Shown here: positions 62,881 through 64,000 of the stretch, one piece after another
How positions within the stretch are numbered: the first letter of the stretch is position 1
How the letters are laid out: every line of letters begins with the position of its first letter
NCBI GenBank assembly: GCA_030431755.1
Contig: JAUIIK010000005.1
Location: 2,801 to 66,800 of the forward strand
DNA length: 64,000 bases
Origin: Chloroflexia bacterium
GTDB taxonomy: Bacteria > Chloroflexota > Chloroflexia > Thermomicrobiales > CFX8
Direction of reading: 5' to 3'
Position numbers and translations under genes: made by a program
Notes under the pieces: generated by a model
Databases searched by the model: none
The model's input: only the letters and a program-made list of their open reading frames with translations
What the model was told of the DNA's origin: nothing

Positions 62881-64000
62881 CCGACATCGCCTCATCAAGC
62901 GCGTCCAACGACGAATCGATCACTACGGGGCGGTTCGATAGCGCCTGTGGCGGATCAGCCAGGTGATAGTCGATAACGGTATCGCTATCCTTCATCAGAT
63001 TGCCGGTGAGGATCGTCAACACACGCTCACCCGCGTCAATCACGCCCTCGTTGACGAGCCGACGGATGCCCGCTAGCCCGGCTGCGGAGGCTGGCTCGCA
63101 ACCAATGCCGGCCCGGTCGATCTCTGCCTTCGCGTCGAGCAATTCACTGTCCGCGACCGCCAGGACAAGACCCTCTGTCTCGCGGATCACGCGCCAGGCT
63201 TTAGCGTAGTTGACCGGCGCACCGATCTGGATCGCGCTGGCGACGGTCTGCGCGCTGACCGGCTCAAGCCCGTCGAAGCCGCGTTCGAACGCAGCCGCGA
63301 ACGGCGCTGAGCCGGCGGCCTGGACGACGGCGACCTTTGGCATCTCGACGATGAGACCGGCGTGCAGCGCCTCGCGCAACGCCTTGCCGAGCGCGCTGAC
63401 ATTGCCGAGATTCCCGCCGGGCAGCACCACCCAATCGGGCGCTTGCCAGCGCCGCTGCTGCAAGGCCTCCAAGAATATCGACTTCTGGCCCTCGAGCCGA
63501 AATGGATTGAGCGAGTTCAGGAGATAGAGCCCGTAGCGGTCTGCCGCCGAGCGCACCATCGCCATCGCCGCGTCGAAATCCCCGCGCACCTGGATGATCC
63601 GCGCGCCATAGGCAATCGTCTGGGCCAGCTTGGCCGCCGATATCTTCCCCTCCGGCACAAAGACGACCGACGGCAGCCCTGCCGACGCTGCGTATGACGC
63701 AACCGACGCGCTCGTGTTGCCGGTGGAAGCGCAGGCCACCACCGACGCGCCGATCCAACGGGCATGGCTCACGCCCACCGTCATGCCGCGATCCTTGAAC
63801 GAACCCGTCGGGTTTTCGCCCTCATGCTTGAACCAGACCTCGACGCCCGCCAGATCATCGAGCCGTGCCTCGTGGTAGAGGTTGGTATTCCCTTCGGGCT
63901 TGGAGACGATCGCGTCGTCCGGAAAGTCCGGCATCAGCTCGCGATAGCGCCAGACGCCGGAGCGATACGGGGCGTCAAGGCTGCCCAGGCGCTCGTCGAA
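62870..64000 (-). CDS. thrC: threonine synthase, 5' end outside window
   Basis: PLP-lysine block NPTGSFKDRGMTV. The frame stays open to base 64000 (...GVWRYRELMPDFP...). Confidence 0.9.
   Translation of the reverse strand, partial: FDERLGSLDAPYRSGVWRYRELMPDFPDDAIVSKPEGNTNLYHEARLDDLAGVEVWFKHEGENPTGSFKDRGMTVGVSHARWIGASVVACASTGNTSASVASYAASAGLPSVVFVPEGKISAAKLAQTIAYGARIIQVRGDFDAAMAMVRSAADRYGLYLLNSLNPFRLEGQKSIFLEALQQRRWQAPDWVVLPGGNLGNVSALGKALREALHAGLIVEMPKVAVVQAAGSAPFAAAFERGFDGLEPVSAQTVASAIQIGAPVNYAKAWRVIRETEGLVLAVADSELLDAKAEIDRAGIGCEPASAAGLAGIRRLVNEGVIDAGERVLTILTGNLMKDSDTVIDYHLADPPQALSNRPVVIDSSLDALDEAMSDVL

Overview
GC-rich (roughly two-thirds G+C by eye) bacterial chromosomal window with dense coding on both strands. 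There is no rRNA, CRISPR array, transposase or prophage. Gene content and T-box use suggest a Terrabacteria lineage such as Chloroflexota/Thermomicrobia, but that is only a guess.

Housekeeping blocks:
- mtnA (partial), a Ski2-like helicase, a GT4 glycosyltransferase and thiL.
- An Fe(III)/solute-type ABC importer.
- The tsaE-tsaB-rimI-tsaD operon followed by an IMPase.
- A formamidase and a DrrAB-like ABC-2 exporter.
- leuS, rimO, and a CDP-alcohol phosphatidyltransferase plus acyltransferase pair.
- A parvulin PPIase, rpsF-ssb-rpsR, and thrB with thrC (partial).

Accessory content:
- A lower-GC orphan gene.
- Secreted repeat proteins.
- A GntR-centred island at about 34.5-50.1 kb. It holds a molybdo-hydroxylase large subunit, a TcuA-like flavoprotein, a decaying peptide-type ABC importer, four cyclophilin-like domain copies, an LLM oxidoreductase, a URO-D-like protein and a membrane HdrD-like Fe-S protein.

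Most notable observations:
1. The leuS leader is a complete T-box riboswitch with a CUC (Leu) specifier. A full tRNA-Ala(GGC) gene sits in its Stem III position, upstream of the terminator.
2. A TlpA-like thioredoxin-fold gene has an in-frame TGA at the first redox-Cys position, followed by a SECIS-like hairpin. This makes it a selenoprotein candidate.
3. Three other genes in the GntR island are interrupted (TAA, TAG, frameshift). This suggests locus decay or assembly errors, and it tempers observation 2.
4. Two families of intergenic repeat elements are present, one of them inserted in the leuS 5' UTR.
5. A conserved ATACA-N-TGTAT-type operator candidate occurs in both divergent promoter regions of the island.

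All coordinates and structures were derived by hand from the sequence. Family names come from motif recognition, not searches.
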